Below, piece after piece: positions 18,973 through 29,800 of a DNA stretch of 64,000 nt. The notes under the pieces are model-generated. The model saw only the letters and a program-made list of their open reading frames with translations. It was not told where the DNA came from and ran no database searches. Position 1 is the first letter of the stretch. Each line of letters starts with the position of its first letter. The position numbers and the translations under genes were made by a program. The DNA comes from an uncultured Verrucomicrobiota bacterium (GTDB taxonomy: Bacteria; Verrucomicrobiota; Kiritimatiellia; CAIKKV01; CAITUY01), in the NCBI GenBank assembly GCA_964584205.1, contig CAZOZF010000002.1:160-64159 (forward strand). The letters are read 5' to 3'.

Positions 18973-21354
18973 ATGAAGAATCTGATTCGGGCTGTTGGGC
19001 GGGGGATAACGCTCGTGTGTTTTTGTGCGGGTTTGGGTGTCGCCGCGATGGGGGATGAAACCCGTTTGGAGGATCTCCCCAATCTCAATTTGATCAAGAG
19101 TGGCAACAACCAGAAGCCCGGCAAGGATAAGTCGGTTTCCGGCCAGCCACTGCAGATGGGGGGCGAGACGTTTGAGCATGGGGTGGGGGTTCATGCGCCC
19201 AGCGTGGCTCTGTTCAACCTTAATGGGAAGTCCGAGAAGTTCCATGCCGTTGTGGGGGTGAGTGATCTCAAAGGAGAACCCGGCTCGGTGGAGTTTTTCG
19301 CGACGGGCGACGGGAAAGTCCTTTACCGGAGCGGGGTGATCAAGGGTGGCGTGATGAAGGATGGTGTATTGAAGGTAGGCGACAAGCCCAAGGTCATTGA
19401 TCTTAACCTGACTGGGGTCAAACTCCTCCGGCTTGATGTGACCGATGGTCGGGATCAGACTTGGAGCGATCACGCCAATTGGGCCGATGCGGTGTTCACT
19501 TGGAAAGGGGTGGCGCCGGCCTTGATGGAAGTGCCCCTGCCGGAGGCGACCGATCCGCGCTGGCCCCGGTTTGAACGCGGGGTGGATGTCGCGGCCGAAG
19601 AGGCCTATCCTCCCGCCGAGAAGCTGGTCAAATCGCCCGGCGGAACAACCTACTATGTTGATCCGCAGAAGGGGCGTGACGAGAACTCCGGGACCCAGGC
19701 GTCCCTGCCGTGGCGCAACCTGAGAAAGGTAAACCGTCTCCTGCTTGCTGCCGGGGACAGGATTGAGCTGAAGCCTGGCTTCTACGCGGACACGCTGAAG
19801 CCCTCCGGTGCCGGAACGGTTAAACGCCCCATCATTATCCGTTTTGCGCCGGGCGAATATGATTTTCAGCCGAAGACTGCATTTAAACTCAAGCTCCACA
19901 TCAGCAACACGAATGATGATCCGGGTACGCCCAAGGCCATTGCACTGGCCTTCCAGGGGGTTCGTCATGTACTTGTGCTTGGCGGGGCAAAAGGCACCCG
20001 TAGTGACATCTATATGCGCGGAAAAATGATTCAGACGTTTTTCGATCATGTCGAGGATGTCTGCCTACAGGGGTTGGCGTTTGATTATCGACGACCAACC
20101 GTATCGGAATACACCGTGGAGGATGTTGTCGCTGATCATGCCGATCTGGCCATTAACCAGGATTCGAAATATATAGTTGAGAATGACCGCTTGGTGTGGG
20201 TGGGCGAAGGGTGGCGTCATGATGCGTTTCGGCAGAGTGCCCAGCAGCAAGGAGATCCCATTGAGGGAACCTTATGGCGATCAGGGGTCAATTTCAGTAA
20301 AATCTCGAGCGTTGAGGAGTTGGCGGCCAACAAGGTCCGTGTTCGTTTTTCCGAAAACCCCGGTTTCGCCAAAGGCAAGGTTTGGCAGGAACGTGATACG
20401 TACCGCGATTGCGCGGGTTCCTTTGCGCGTAACAGCAAGGACATCACCTGGGAGGATTGCGCCTATCATTTTATGCATGGCATGGGATTGGTGAACCAAT
20501 ATTGCGAGAACCTGACCCTGAAGAAGGTTGAACTGGCGCCACGGCCCGGTTCGGGACGTACCTGCGCCTGTTGGGCAGATGCCATCCAGGTCTCCGGTTG
20601 CAGGGGGAAGTTTATTGCCGAGGATTGCACTTTCTCAGGGACAAATGATGATCCGATCAATGTGCATGGCACGCATTTGCGAATCATAGGGCGGCCGGCT
20701 CCCGATCAGTTGCTGGTAAGGTTCTGTCACTGGCAGACGTACGGGTTCGAGGCTTTTTTTGCTGGAGATGAGGTTGATTTTGTCCGTTCGGATTCCCTGC
20801 GCGTATTTGCCTCCGGTAAGATCAAGAAGGCTGAGTTGAAAGGCGAGCGGGAGATGATGCTCACCTTGGAGCAGCCGGCTCCGGCTGGAATTATGGCTAA
20901 TGATGTCCTTGAGAATGTCACCTGGACGCCCGAGGTCTATGTCCGGAATTGCAAGGTGACCATGTGCTCCACTCGGGGGTTCCTGCTTACCACCCGGCGA
21001 AAGGTGGTGATTGAGAACAATATCTTTAACAAGACCGCGATGGCGGCCATTCTGGTGGCTGACGATGCGCGAAGCTGGTTTGAGTCGGGGCCGGTGCGTG
21101 ATATGACGATCCGCAGCAATACCTTTATTAAGTGTGGAATTTCTATTTCACCCGAAAACATAACGGCCAACCCTGCCGAGCCTGTTCATGAAAACATCCG
21201 GATCGAGGGCAACCTGTTCACGGACAACGGGGTTAGTGCCAAAAGCGTCAAGGGCTTAGTGATAACCGGGAACAGGTCGCCCTCCGGGACGGTGAAAGTC
21301 AATACGACTGCCTGCACGGACGTGATCAATGAAAACAATTCTAGGATTGAATGA
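18973..21354 (+). CDS. secreted NPCBM-domain protein fused to a right-handed parallel beta-helix domain (candidate glycosidase/polysaccharide lyase of unassigned family)
   Basis: Signal peptide; NPCBM/NEW2 signature GGETFEHGVGVHAPSVALFNL...FHAVVGVSDLKGEPGSVEFFATGDGKVLYRSG; PbH1-like repeats (VIENNIFNKTAMAAIL, TIRSNTFIKCGISI, IEGNLFTDNGVSA); stop TGA overlaps an ATG of the next gene. Confidence 0.7.
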   Translation: MKNLIRAVGRGITLVCFCAGLGVAAMGDETRLEDLPNLNLIKSGNNQKPGKDKSVSGQPLQMGGETFEHGVGVHAPSVALFNLNGKSEKFHAVVGVSDLKGEPGSVEFFATGDGKVLYRSGVIKGGVMKDGVLKVGDKPKVIDLNLTGVKLLRLDVTDGRDQTWSDHANWADAVFTWKGVAPALMEVPLPEATDPRWPRFERGVDVAAEEAYPPAEKLVKSPGGTTYYVDPQKGRDENSGTQASLPWRNLRKVNRLLLAAGDRIELKPGFYADTLKPSGAGTVKRPIIIRFAPGEYDFQPKTAFKLKLHISNTNDDPGTPKAIALAFQGVRHVLVLGGAKGTRSDIYMRGKMIQTFFDHVEDVCLQGLAFDYRRPTVSEYTVEDVVADHADLAINQDSKYIVENDRLVWVGEGWRHDAFRQSAQQQGDPIEGTLWRSGVNFSKISSVEELAANKVRVRFSENPGFAKGKVWQERDTYRDCAGSFARNSKDITWEDCAYHFMHGMGLVNQYCENLTLKKVELAPRPGSGRTCACWADAIQVSGCRGKFIAEDCTFSGTNDDPINVHGTHLRIIGRPAPDQLLVRFCHWQTYGFEAFFAGDEVDFVRSDSLRVFASGKIKKAELKGEREMMLTLEQPAPAGIMANDVLENVTWTPEVYVRNCKVTMCSTRGFLLTTRRKVVIENNIFNKTAMAAILVADDARSWFESGPVRDMTIRSNTFIKCGISISPENITANPAEPVHENIRIEGNLFTDNGVSAKSVKGLVITGNRSPSGTVKVNTTACTDVINENNSRIE

Positions 21355-21401
21355 AGGGCTGTCTACCGATTCCTTCAGTTCGGATGAAGGGTAAGGATCT
21401 C

Positions 21402-24400
21402 ATGAATCAGCTGCTTAATACTTTTTGGGTCATCCTGTTTCTCGGTCTCTTGGGTTATCCCCGGGTATCGGCAGGGGGCGAAACACGACTGGAAGATCTG
21501 CCCAGCCTCAATCTGGTTGAAAATGGAGGGGGAGTTGCGAAAAGGGATAGAGCGACAAATGATCATCCGTTGCAGATGTGTGGTCAGAAGTATGAACATG
21601 GACTGGGCGTTCATGCCCCGTGCGTTGTGATGTTCAGTCTTGATGGGAAAGTGGAGAAATTTCATGCCCTGATCGGGTTTAGTGATTTTCCGGGTGATCG
21701 CGGGTCTATCGAATTCATGATGATCGGCGACGGGAAAGTTCTGTATCGGAGCGGCGTCATGAAAGGCGGTTTAAATAGCAAAGGCGTGATGACGTTTGCT
21801 GTCGACAAGCCGAAGATTGTGGATGTTCCCCTTGCGGGCATCAAGAAGCTCAGGATTGAAGTGTCTGATACCGGCGATAACAAATGGGGTGATCATGTCA
21901 ACTTGGTGAATGCCCTGTTTACGTGGGAAGAGACGCCCCCCAGGATCGTGGATGTGGAGGAATATGTGGGGCACGCTTTTCCTCCCGTCGGCAACACCAT
22001 GGGTACGGGGGGGGAACAGGTAGTCAGCGTTCCGTGGACCGGGAAGTGGATCGGGCCAGCCAAAGCCGATGCGAATACGTGGATTTGTTACCGCAAGAAT
22101 TTCGAGGTGGGAAGTGTTCCTGCATCGGTGCCGGCTCGCATCGCGGTCGATTCAAAATACTGGTTGTGGATCAATGGCAAGCTGGTGGTGCGCGAAGGTG
22201 GCCTCAAGCGCGGTCCGGCGCCGAATGACGGATATTACGATGCGGTGGAACTTGCGCCCTACCTGAAGAGGGGAAGTAACACGATAGCCGTCCTGGCCTG
22301 GTATTTCGGCAAGCAGGGGTTCTCTCATAAGAGCAGTGGCAAGCCAGGGTTTGTGATGGAGGCCAAGATCGATAAGGCATCTGTTGCAACCGATGGAGCC
22401 TGGAAGATGCGGATCCATCCGGCATTTGGTACGGCGGGTGAGCCCTTGTCGAATTACCGGCTTCCGGAAGCCAGTATTCTTTTTGATGCGACGAAGGATA
22501 TCGGAGCTTGGATGGAGCCCTCTTATGATGATTCCGGATGGAACGTTCCAGTAACGTCGGGGAGCCCGCCGGTGGCGCCGTGGGGAAAGCTCGTGCTTCG
22601 GCCGGTTCCGCAATGGAAGGATTTTGGGCTGAAAGCCTATACCAATGCGGCGGCATTTCCGGCGGTTAGTGATGGCAAAGTGATCAAGGCCGTTCTGCCT
22701 TACAATGCCCATGTGACCCCATATTTCAAGATTGAGGCGACGGCAGGCCAGAAGATCGATATCCGTACCGACGACATCAAGGGTGGCGGCGAATTCAGTG
22801 TTCACGCCGAGTACATCACCCGGGACGGGGTGCAGGAGTTTGAGGCCCCGGGCTGGATGAATGGCCATGTCGTCGAGTATACGATTCCGGCTGGTTCCAA
22901 GATTCTGTCGCTGCTGTACCGTGAGACCGGGTATAATGCTGAGTTTGTAGGCTCGTTCCGATGTGAAGACCCTTTCCTTAACACGCTCTGGGAGAAATCA
23001 AAACGGACGCTTTATGTCACCATGCGGGATAACTACATGGACTGTCCGGATCGAGAGCGGGCGCAGTGGTGGGGCGATGCGGTCAATGAACTCGGTGAAG
23101 CATTTTACGTCTTTGATCCGCCTGGCTATCAACTCGCGCGCAAGGGAATTCTTGAATTGGCAAATTGGCAGAGGCCTGACAAGACCATGTATTCTCCCAT
23201 CCCTGCCGGAAACTGGTGGGCGGAACTGCCTCCTCAAATACTGGCCAGTGTCGGGAAATATGGTTTTTGGACCTATTATTTCTATACCGGGGACGCCGAA
23301 ACAATACGGGAGGTGTATCCCCATGTCCGTGATTACCTGACGGTCTGGAAACTGGACGAGGACAGTCTTGTAATCCACCGCAAAGGCGACTGGGATTGGT
23401 CGGATTGGGGGAGCCAGATTGACGTAAGGTTGTTGGACAGCGTGTGGTACCACCTGGCGCTCCAGGGGGCGATCGAAATGGCCAAGTTGTGCGGGGCGGA
23501 AGGCGATTTACCGGCATGGCAGGCCCGGCTAAAGGCTGTGGAAAAGGGGATCAATACGAAATTATGGAACGGGAAGGAGTACCGTTCGCCCGGCTACAAG
23601 GGGGATACCGATGACCGCGGGAATGGTCTGGCGGTGGTGGCCGGGATCGCTGGACCAGACAAGTATGCGGCATTGCGTGAGGTGCTCGACGCTCACCGAA
23701 ATGCCAGTCCCTACATGGAGAAGTATGTGCTTGAGTCCCTTTTCATGATGGGTGAAGCGCAGCTGGGTCTCGACCGAATGAGGCAACGCTATGTCAAAAT
23801 GGTCGGCAGTGAGATCACCACGCTTTGGGAAGGGTGGGATGGCTATGGTGGTTGTAACGGCTATAACCATGCCTGGAGCGGTGGGCCGCTGACGATGATG
23901 TCCCAGTATGTGATTGGGGTGGCACCAGACAAGGTGGCTTATGAGCAGTACCATGTACTGCCTCAGTTGGGGGATTTGACGACTCTGGAGGGTGTTGTCC
24001 CGACGGTAAAGGGTAACATCCAGGTTTCGCTGAAACGTGATGCGGCTTCATTCGGTCTGAAGTTGCTGTCGCCGAATGGAACGAGGGCTGTGGTTGGGCT
24101 GCCGCAGGAAAAAGGGCGGAGGATCGTCAGTGTGACCCTCAACGGAAAGACGGTTTGGAAGAAGGGTAAGCCGGGAGAGCCGGTCCGTGGCATGGCCTGC
24201 AAGGGGGAAGACGAACGCTATTGCCGTTTTGAGGTGGTTCCTGGCTCGTGGAGTTTCAGCGCTCTGTATGATGGGGTTTCGTCGATTCCTGTCGCTCTAA
24301 CTGCTGCCCAGCTTGCTGAATACCCGCTGAAACTCCGGGAGATCCGTGTCAGGGATCCATTCATTCTCGCCGATCAAACAACGAGCAACTATTATCTCTA

Positions 24401-25217
24401 TGCCCAATGCGGGAACCGGTTGCTTAATGATAATCTTGGGATCGGGGTAGAGGTCTATCGCAGTAAGGATCTGGTCAACTGGGCTAAGCCCGTGCCGGTT
24501 TTTGAGCGGCCTACATCGAATTTCTGGGGGGGCAAGGAAGTTTGGGCGCCTGAAGTCCATAAGTTGGGTGACGCCTATTTCATGTTCGTTTCATTTCCCG
24601 GACGACAAGGCGGACGGGGTACACAAATCCTGAAGGCTCAACGACCAGAGGGACCTTTTGTGATTGCGGGTGAAGGGGCGAACACGCCGCCAGAGCAACG
24701 GGCTCTGGATGGCACTCCCTGGGTCGATGCCAATGGTGCGAATTGGCTGGTTTATTGCAATGAGTGGTGTCAGGTCGGGGATGGCACCGTGCGTGCGATA
24801 CGGATGTCTTCGGATTGGATGACCCGACAGGGTGAGTCATATCTGCTTTTCAAGGCCTCTGAAGCGCCATGGGTCGGGCCGTATAGCGATAAGAAATATG
24901 TTACCGATGGTCCGTATTTGTATCGGACCAAGGGCGGAAAAGATGGTAAAGGCAAACTACTTATGATCTGGTCCAGTTTCGGTAAAGGTCGCGATTATGC
25001 GGTGGGGCTGGCCGAGTCACAAAGCGGGAGAGTCGAGGGACCATGGCTCCAGTCATGGGAGCCCCTGTTCCCAAGCAATGGCGGACATGGCATGTGCTTT
25101 CAGGATTTTTCCGGGAATCTCCGGTTGGTGTTGCATCAGCCGAATCAATCCCCCAACGAGCGTGCGAAACTTCTCAAGCTGAAAGAAGTAGAGGGGCGCC
25201 TGGTGGTGGAGAAGTGA
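21402..25217 (+). CDS. secreted tri-modular glycosidase: NPCBM + GH78-like (alpha-L-rhamnosidase-type (alpha/alpha)6) + C-terminal GH43 beta-propeller
   Basis: Start chosen at the Met giving the signal peptide MNQLLNTFWVILFLGLLGYPRVSA (ORF-track start 21351 overlaps the upstream stop). NPCBM: YEHGLGVHAPCVVMFSLDGKVEKFHALIGFSD...GSIEFMMIGDGKVLYRSG. GH78-like: WICYRKNF...WLWINGKLV and MDCPDRERAQWWGDA. GH43: IRVRDPFILADQTTSNYYLYAQ...VWAPEVHKLGDAYFMFVS...DGPYLYRTK. Confidence 0.75.
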   Translation: MNQLLNTFWVILFLGLLGYPRVSAGGETRLEDLPSLNLVENGGGVAKRDRATNDHPLQMCGQKYEHGLGVHAPCVVMFSLDGKVEKFHALIGFSDFPGDRGSIEFMMIGDGKVLYRSGVMKGGLNSKGVMTFAVDKPKIVDVPLAGIKKLRIEVSDTGDNKWGDHVNLVNALFTWEETPPRIVDVEEYVGHAFPPVGNTMGTGGEQVVSVPWTGKWIGPAKADANTWICYRKNFEVGSVPASVPARIAVDSKYWLWINGKLVVREGGLKRGPAPNDGYYDAVELAPYLKRGSNTIAVLAWYFGKQGFSHKSSGKPGFVMEAKIDKASVATDGAWKMRIHPAFGTAGEPLSNYRLPEASILFDATKDIGAWMEPSYDDSGWNVPVTSGSPPVAPWGKLVLRPVPQWKDFGLKAYTNAAAFPAVSDGKVIKAVLPYNAHVTPYFKIEATAGQKIDIRTDDIKGGGEFSVHAEYITRDGVQEFEAPGWMNGHVVEYTIPAGSKILSLLYRETGYNAEFVGSFRCEDPFLNTLWEKSKRTLYVTMRDNYMDCPDRERAQWWGDAVNELGEAFYVFDPPGYQLARKGILELANWQRPDKTMYSPIPAGNWWAELPPQILASVGKYGFWTYYFYTGDAETIREVYPHVRDYLTVWKLDEDSLVIHRKGDWDWSDWGSQIDVRLLDSVWYHLALQGAIEMAKLCGAEGDLPAWQARLKAVEKGINTKLWNGKEYRSPGYKGDTDDRGNGLAVVAGIAGPDKYAALREVLDAHRNASPYMEKYVLESLFMMGEAQLGLDRMRQRYVKMVGSEITTLWEGWDGYGGCNGYNHAWSGGPLTMMSQYVIGVAPDKVAYEQYHVLPQLGDLTTLEGVVPTVKGNIQVSLKRDAASFGLKLLSPNGTRAVVGLPQEKGRRIVSVTLNGKTVWKKGKPGEPVRGMACKGEDERYCRFEVVPGSWSFSALYDGVSSIPVALTAAQLAEYPLKLREIRVRDPFILADQTTSNYYLYAQCGNRLLNDNLGIGVEVYRSKDLVNWAKPVPVFERPTSNFWGGKEVWAPEVHKLGDAYFMFVSFPGRQGGRGTQILKAQRPEGPFVIAGEGANTPPEQRALDGTPWVDANGANWLVYCNEWCQVGDGTVRAIRMSSDWMTRQGESYLLFKASEAPWVGPYSDKKYVTDGPYLYRTKGGKDGKGKLLMIWSSFGKGRDYAVGLAESQSGRVEGPWLQSWEPLFPSNGGHGMCFQDFSGNLRLVLHQPNQSPNERAKLLKLKEVEGRLVVEK

Positions 25218-25259
25218 TGTCGTAAATAAATGGAAAATCGTTCTGCTAAGCGTGTAAAT

Positions 25260-26849
25260 ATGAAAAAAATCGGGATGTCGGCCTTGCTAATGTTAATGAG
25301 CCTGTCGGCCTATGCCGACGTAACCTTGCATGGATTATTCACGGATCACATGGTCCTTCAGCGCGCCATACCGGTTTCGGTCTATGGCAGGGCTGAACCA
25401 GGAGAGAAGGTGACCGTCTCCTTTTCTGGCCAGGTGAAATCCGCCATTACGGATAAAGATGGCAATTGGGCCATCAGGCTTGACGCGATGAAGGCCTCAA
25501 CGAACTCTGCCATAATCAGCATTGTCGGGAAAAACAAACTGGTCCTCAATAATGTGGTTGTGGGGGACGTCTGGATTTGTTGCGGTCAGTCCAATATGGA
25601 ATTCCTGCTGGGGCATTGTGGGCGGCCGGATGACGTCAAGGAAGCTGACTACCCGCTAATTCGGCAGTTCTCCGTGCCTCACGATTTTGCCGGGTACCGG
25701 AAGACGGATGTCAAGGGCAGTTGGATGACTTGTACGCCCAAGACGGCTGGAAACTTCACTGCGGTAGGTTATTATTTCGCCCGAAAAATTAACCGCGAAA
25801 CCGGCATTCCGATTGGACTGATCAGGAGCGTGTCGAGCGGGACATCCATTGAGCCTTTCTGCTCTGCGGAAGGATTGGCTTCCATTCCCGAACTGGCGGA
25901 AGAAAAGGGGCGGCTTGATAAAACGATGGTGGAATACCGTAACAATGTGTCGAATACCCTTTCCAAGCTGGAAATCTATATCGCGGATGTGCGCAAAGCC
26001 CTCGCTGGTAATACGGTATTGCCCGATGCGGTCCAGATTCCCGGGAATCCTGGAACCGGCCCCTGTAGCTGGCTTTGTGTTTATAATGGCATGATTCACC
26101 CCCTCATCAACTTCAGGATCAAGGGGGCGCTCTACTATCAGGGTGAGACCAACGGCAGTGAGGAAAACGGATATTTTCACAAAATGCGCGCGCTTATCGG
26201 GGGCTGGCGCAAAGCATGGAACCAGGGCGACTTCCCGTTTTATTTCGTTCAGCTTCCCAACTACAGCAATCCTGTAAGCCGTCCGGACGGTGGTGATGGT
26301 TGGGCCAAAACCCGTATGGGCCAGTTTAAAACACTGGCTGTCACCAACACCGGGATGGCGGTAACGATCGAATTGGCCGACGTTGGTAACCCCGGCAATG
26401 TTCATCCCACGAATAAGCGGGATGTGGGTGAGCGTCTGGCGCTCTGGTCCCTTGCCAAGGACTACCCTGCGACGACGCTCAAGTCAGGTGGCAAGGCGGC
26501 CGATCTCGTCTACAGCGGTCCATTGTATAAGGAGATCAAGATCGAGGGCGGTAAGATCCGTGTCATATTCGGGAGTGTCGGTTCCGGGCTGATTGTGGCT
26601 ACCAAGAAGGGGTATGAGCCCGTGGTCAAGGATCCACAGGGCAAGCTCCAGAGGTTTGCCATTGCCGGTGAAGACAAGAAATGGGTTTGGGCGGATGCCG
26701 TTATCGAGGGTAAGACCGTCGTGGTTTCCAGCCCTGAAGTTCCCCGGCCGGTAGCGGTTCGCTATGCCTTCTCAACTAATCCTGATGGCTGCAACCTTTA
26801 CAACAACGAAGGTCTGCCGGCCTCTCCGTTCCGTACGGACGAATGGTAG
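25260..26849 (+). CDS. sialate O-acetylesterase-like (DUF303/SASA, SGNH-type) carbohydrate esterase
   Basis: Signal peptide MKKIGMSALLMLMSLSAYA; hallmark GDVWICCGQSNMEF block of the 9-O-acetylesterase family; ORF-track start 25230 moved to the signal-peptide Met. Confidence 0.8.
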   Translation: MKKIGMSALLMLMSLSAYADVTLHGLFTDHMVLQRAIPVSVYGRAEPGEKVTVSFSGQVKSAITDKDGNWAIRLDAMKASTNSAIISIVGKNKLVLNNVVVGDVWICCGQSNMEFLLGHCGRPDDVKEADYPLIRQFSVPHDFAGYRKTDVKGSWMTCTPKTAGNFTAVGYYFARKINRETGIPIGLIRSVSSGTSIEPFCSAEGLASIPELAEEKGRLDKTMVEYRNNVSNTLSKLEIYIADVRKALAGNTVLPDAVQIPGNPGTGPCSWLCVYNGMIHPLINFRIKGALYYQGETNGSEENGYFHKMRALIGGWRKAWNQGDFPFYFVQLPNYSNPVSRPDGGDGWAKTRMGQFKTLAVTNTGMAVTIELADVGNPGNVHPTNKRDVGERLALWSLAKDYPATTLKSGGKAADLVYSGPLYKEIKIEGGKIRVIFGSVGSGLIVATKKGYEPVVKDPQGKLQRFAIAGEDKKWVWADAVIEGKTVVVSSPEVPRPVAVRYAFSTNPDGCNLYNNEGLPASPFRTDEW

Positions 26850-26880
26850 ACTGTTTCGCAATCATAAGTAGGAGTTCCTG

Positions 26881-29800
26881 ATGATGATTTCCGTTGCGCG
26901 CATGAAGCCAATATTGGCAATCCTGGGTCTAAGTGTGATGCTGTTTCGTCTTTCCGCGGTAGGGGGCGAAACACGACTGGAAGATCTACCCGATCTCGAG
27001 CTTGTTGAAAATCTCGATAAAACTCCGCTCAAGGATCAGTCGGCCTCATGGACGCCCATACAAATGGGCGGTGAGAAATTTCAACATGGGTTGGGGACTC
27101 ATGCACCGTTTGTCGCCATGATCAGGCTTGACGGGCATACCGGGAAATTTCATGCCGTCGTTGGTGTGAATGGTATGACGAAAGATCGCGGATCGGTGGA
27201 GTTCATCGTGAGTGGTGATGGCAAGGTCCTGTTCCGCAGCGGTGTGATGAAGGGCGATGTGGTGAAGGATGGCAAGGTGACCATCCCTGCCGACCTGCCC
27301 AAGGTGATCGATCTTGATCTGACGGGAGTCAAGCGGCTCAAGCTTGAGGCGACCATCGGCGGCGACAACACCTGGGGCGATGATGCCAACTGGGCTGATG
27401 CGATGTTCACGTGGAAAGGTCAAGCGCCCAGAATCGTCGAAATCGTGGATGATGCCAGCAGTGTTGCCGGTGATGCGCCTCCCGTGGTTAAGTCACCCGA
27501 TGACACGATCTACGTTCCGGAATCCGGGACGAACCGTGTTCCAGGTGCCAAAGTTGATGGGCCGCGGTCTAAAGCAGGGAAGAATGCGGCACCGTCGGCG
27601 CCTGACCGGCTGACTGTCGAAGGCGTGCGTGAGCCGATGGGCATCGATAACCCTGCCCCCGTATTCGGCTGGGTCGCCTCGCATGTGGTTCGTGGGCAGA
27701 AGCAGCGCGGCTATCAGATCCTTGTGGCGTCCAATAGAAAGATCATTGATGCGGATAAGGGGGATGTCTGGTCAATTCAGGAGAAGGAATCGTCACAACA
27801 ATGTGCGATTGCCTATGCCGGGCCTTCCTTGGCGAGCCGGACGCGATATTGGTGGAAGGTACGGGTATGGGATGAGGGCGGCAGTGTTTCGCCCTTCAGC
27901 CAGCCGGCGACGTTTGAGACGGCGATGATGAAGCCGACGGACTGGAAGGCCCAGTGGATCGGCGGTGATTTTACCCGGATGCGCAAGGAGTTCGTAGTGG
28001 ATCCGGTAAAGACGATTGCCCAGGCGCGTGCCTATGTCTCGGGTCAGGGGTATTATGAATTACGGCTTAATGGGAAGAAGGTGGGTGACCATGTCCTGGA
28101 TCCTGGCTATACCGACTACAAATTTCGAGCCCTGTACAGTACCTATGACGTCAAGGAACTGCTTAAGCCCGGCGCCAATGCGCTGGGGGTCATGCTGGGA
28201 GACGCCTATCTGATCAGGTGGGAGCTCAAGCAGCCGTCCGATAAAATGGCGGTCGTGCAGATTGAGGTGAAGTATACCGATAATACCACGGCGACTGTTG
28301 TTACTGATCCGGGTTGGCTGGGAGAGAACCGTGGACCGATGGTCGCGAACAGTGTGTATGTTGGCGAAGTATATGACGCGAGGTTGGAAGATGCCTGGGA
28401 TCTGCCGGGATATTCTGGAACCGGTTGGACAGCAGTCATGGTCAAGACGCCGCCACCGATTGTGAATGCCCAGCTGCAGGCGATCAAGGTGGTTGATACA
28501 CTGAAACCGGTCAAGATGAGCGGGAAGGATGGGGATTACATCTTCGATTTCGGGCAGAATATCGCCGGGTGGCTCAGGATTTCGGCAGCGGCACCGGCTG
28601 GCACTGTCATGAAGATGGATTATGGCGAGGGGGATTGGCCCGCCAGCAGCCAGAAGGATCAGTATACTTTCAAGGGCGGGGGCGTGGAAACTTGGGAGCC
28701 GCGGTTTACTTACCATGGTTTTCGGACCGCTAAGCTTTCCGGAGTGACGGGGCTTACGAGCAATAGCGTGGTTGCCTGTGTGGTGCATAGCGCGGTCGAG
28801 CCCGCCGGTGATTTCACCTGCTCTTCGCCGATGCTCAATAAGATTCACAAGGCCTTTCTTTGGACTCTTGTAAACAATATGCACAGCATCCCCACCGATT
28901 GCTGTCAGCGTGACGAACGTAAGGGTTGGTTGGGCGATGCACTGGTCACGGTGGAAGCGGCGTGCCTGAATCTCGATATGAAGGCGTTCATGGCAAAATG
29001 GTTCCGTGATATCCAGGATTATCAGGATTTCCGGAATACCAATGGGACCGTTGCGAATATTGCGCCCTGTCCCACATTTGAGTTAACCCAACCGGGCCGC
29101 CGCAATTGGGAATCCCAGGATATCCCGTGGAATTCGGCGGCGGTATCCATTCCGTGGGACTTGTACATGGCTACGGGTGACAAGATCCTGTTGGCTAAAC
29201 ATTATGGCATGATGAGGCGCTACGTGGAGTATGTCCGTTCCGTTTCGCCGGAGAATATCTGCCGGTCTAATCGCTGGGGCGACTGGACCGGCGGCCCCAC
29301 TGAGGCGGCTTTGCTGTCGACCGGCTATTACTACCGCTGTGCCGATCTGCTCTCGCGAACTGCTTTGGAACTGGGAAAAACTGAGGATGCCGAAACCTAT
29401 GCGAAGCTGGCGGTGGATATCAAGGCGGCCTTTAACAAGCGATGGCTCAAGTTCGATCGCTATTACAACAAGAACGAACAGGTGGCCAATGCGATGGCGC
29501 TTTCTTTTGATCTGGTGCCAGCCGAGCGCAAGGGGGCCGTGCTGGCCCGCCTGAAACAGGGGATTGAATACAAGGGCGGGCATTTGACCACCGGTGTGGT
29601 GGGGACGCATTGCCTGATGAACGCGCTTTGGCGGAATGAGGCAATCGAGACGGCCTATACCCTCGCTAACCAGAAGACCGCGCCCAGCTGGGGCAACATG
29701 ATTGAAAAAGGTGCCACGACCATATGGGAGTTCTGGGATGGGCACGGCTCCTGGAATCATCCCATGCTCGGTGGCCCTGTTGATGCCTGGTTCTACAAGG

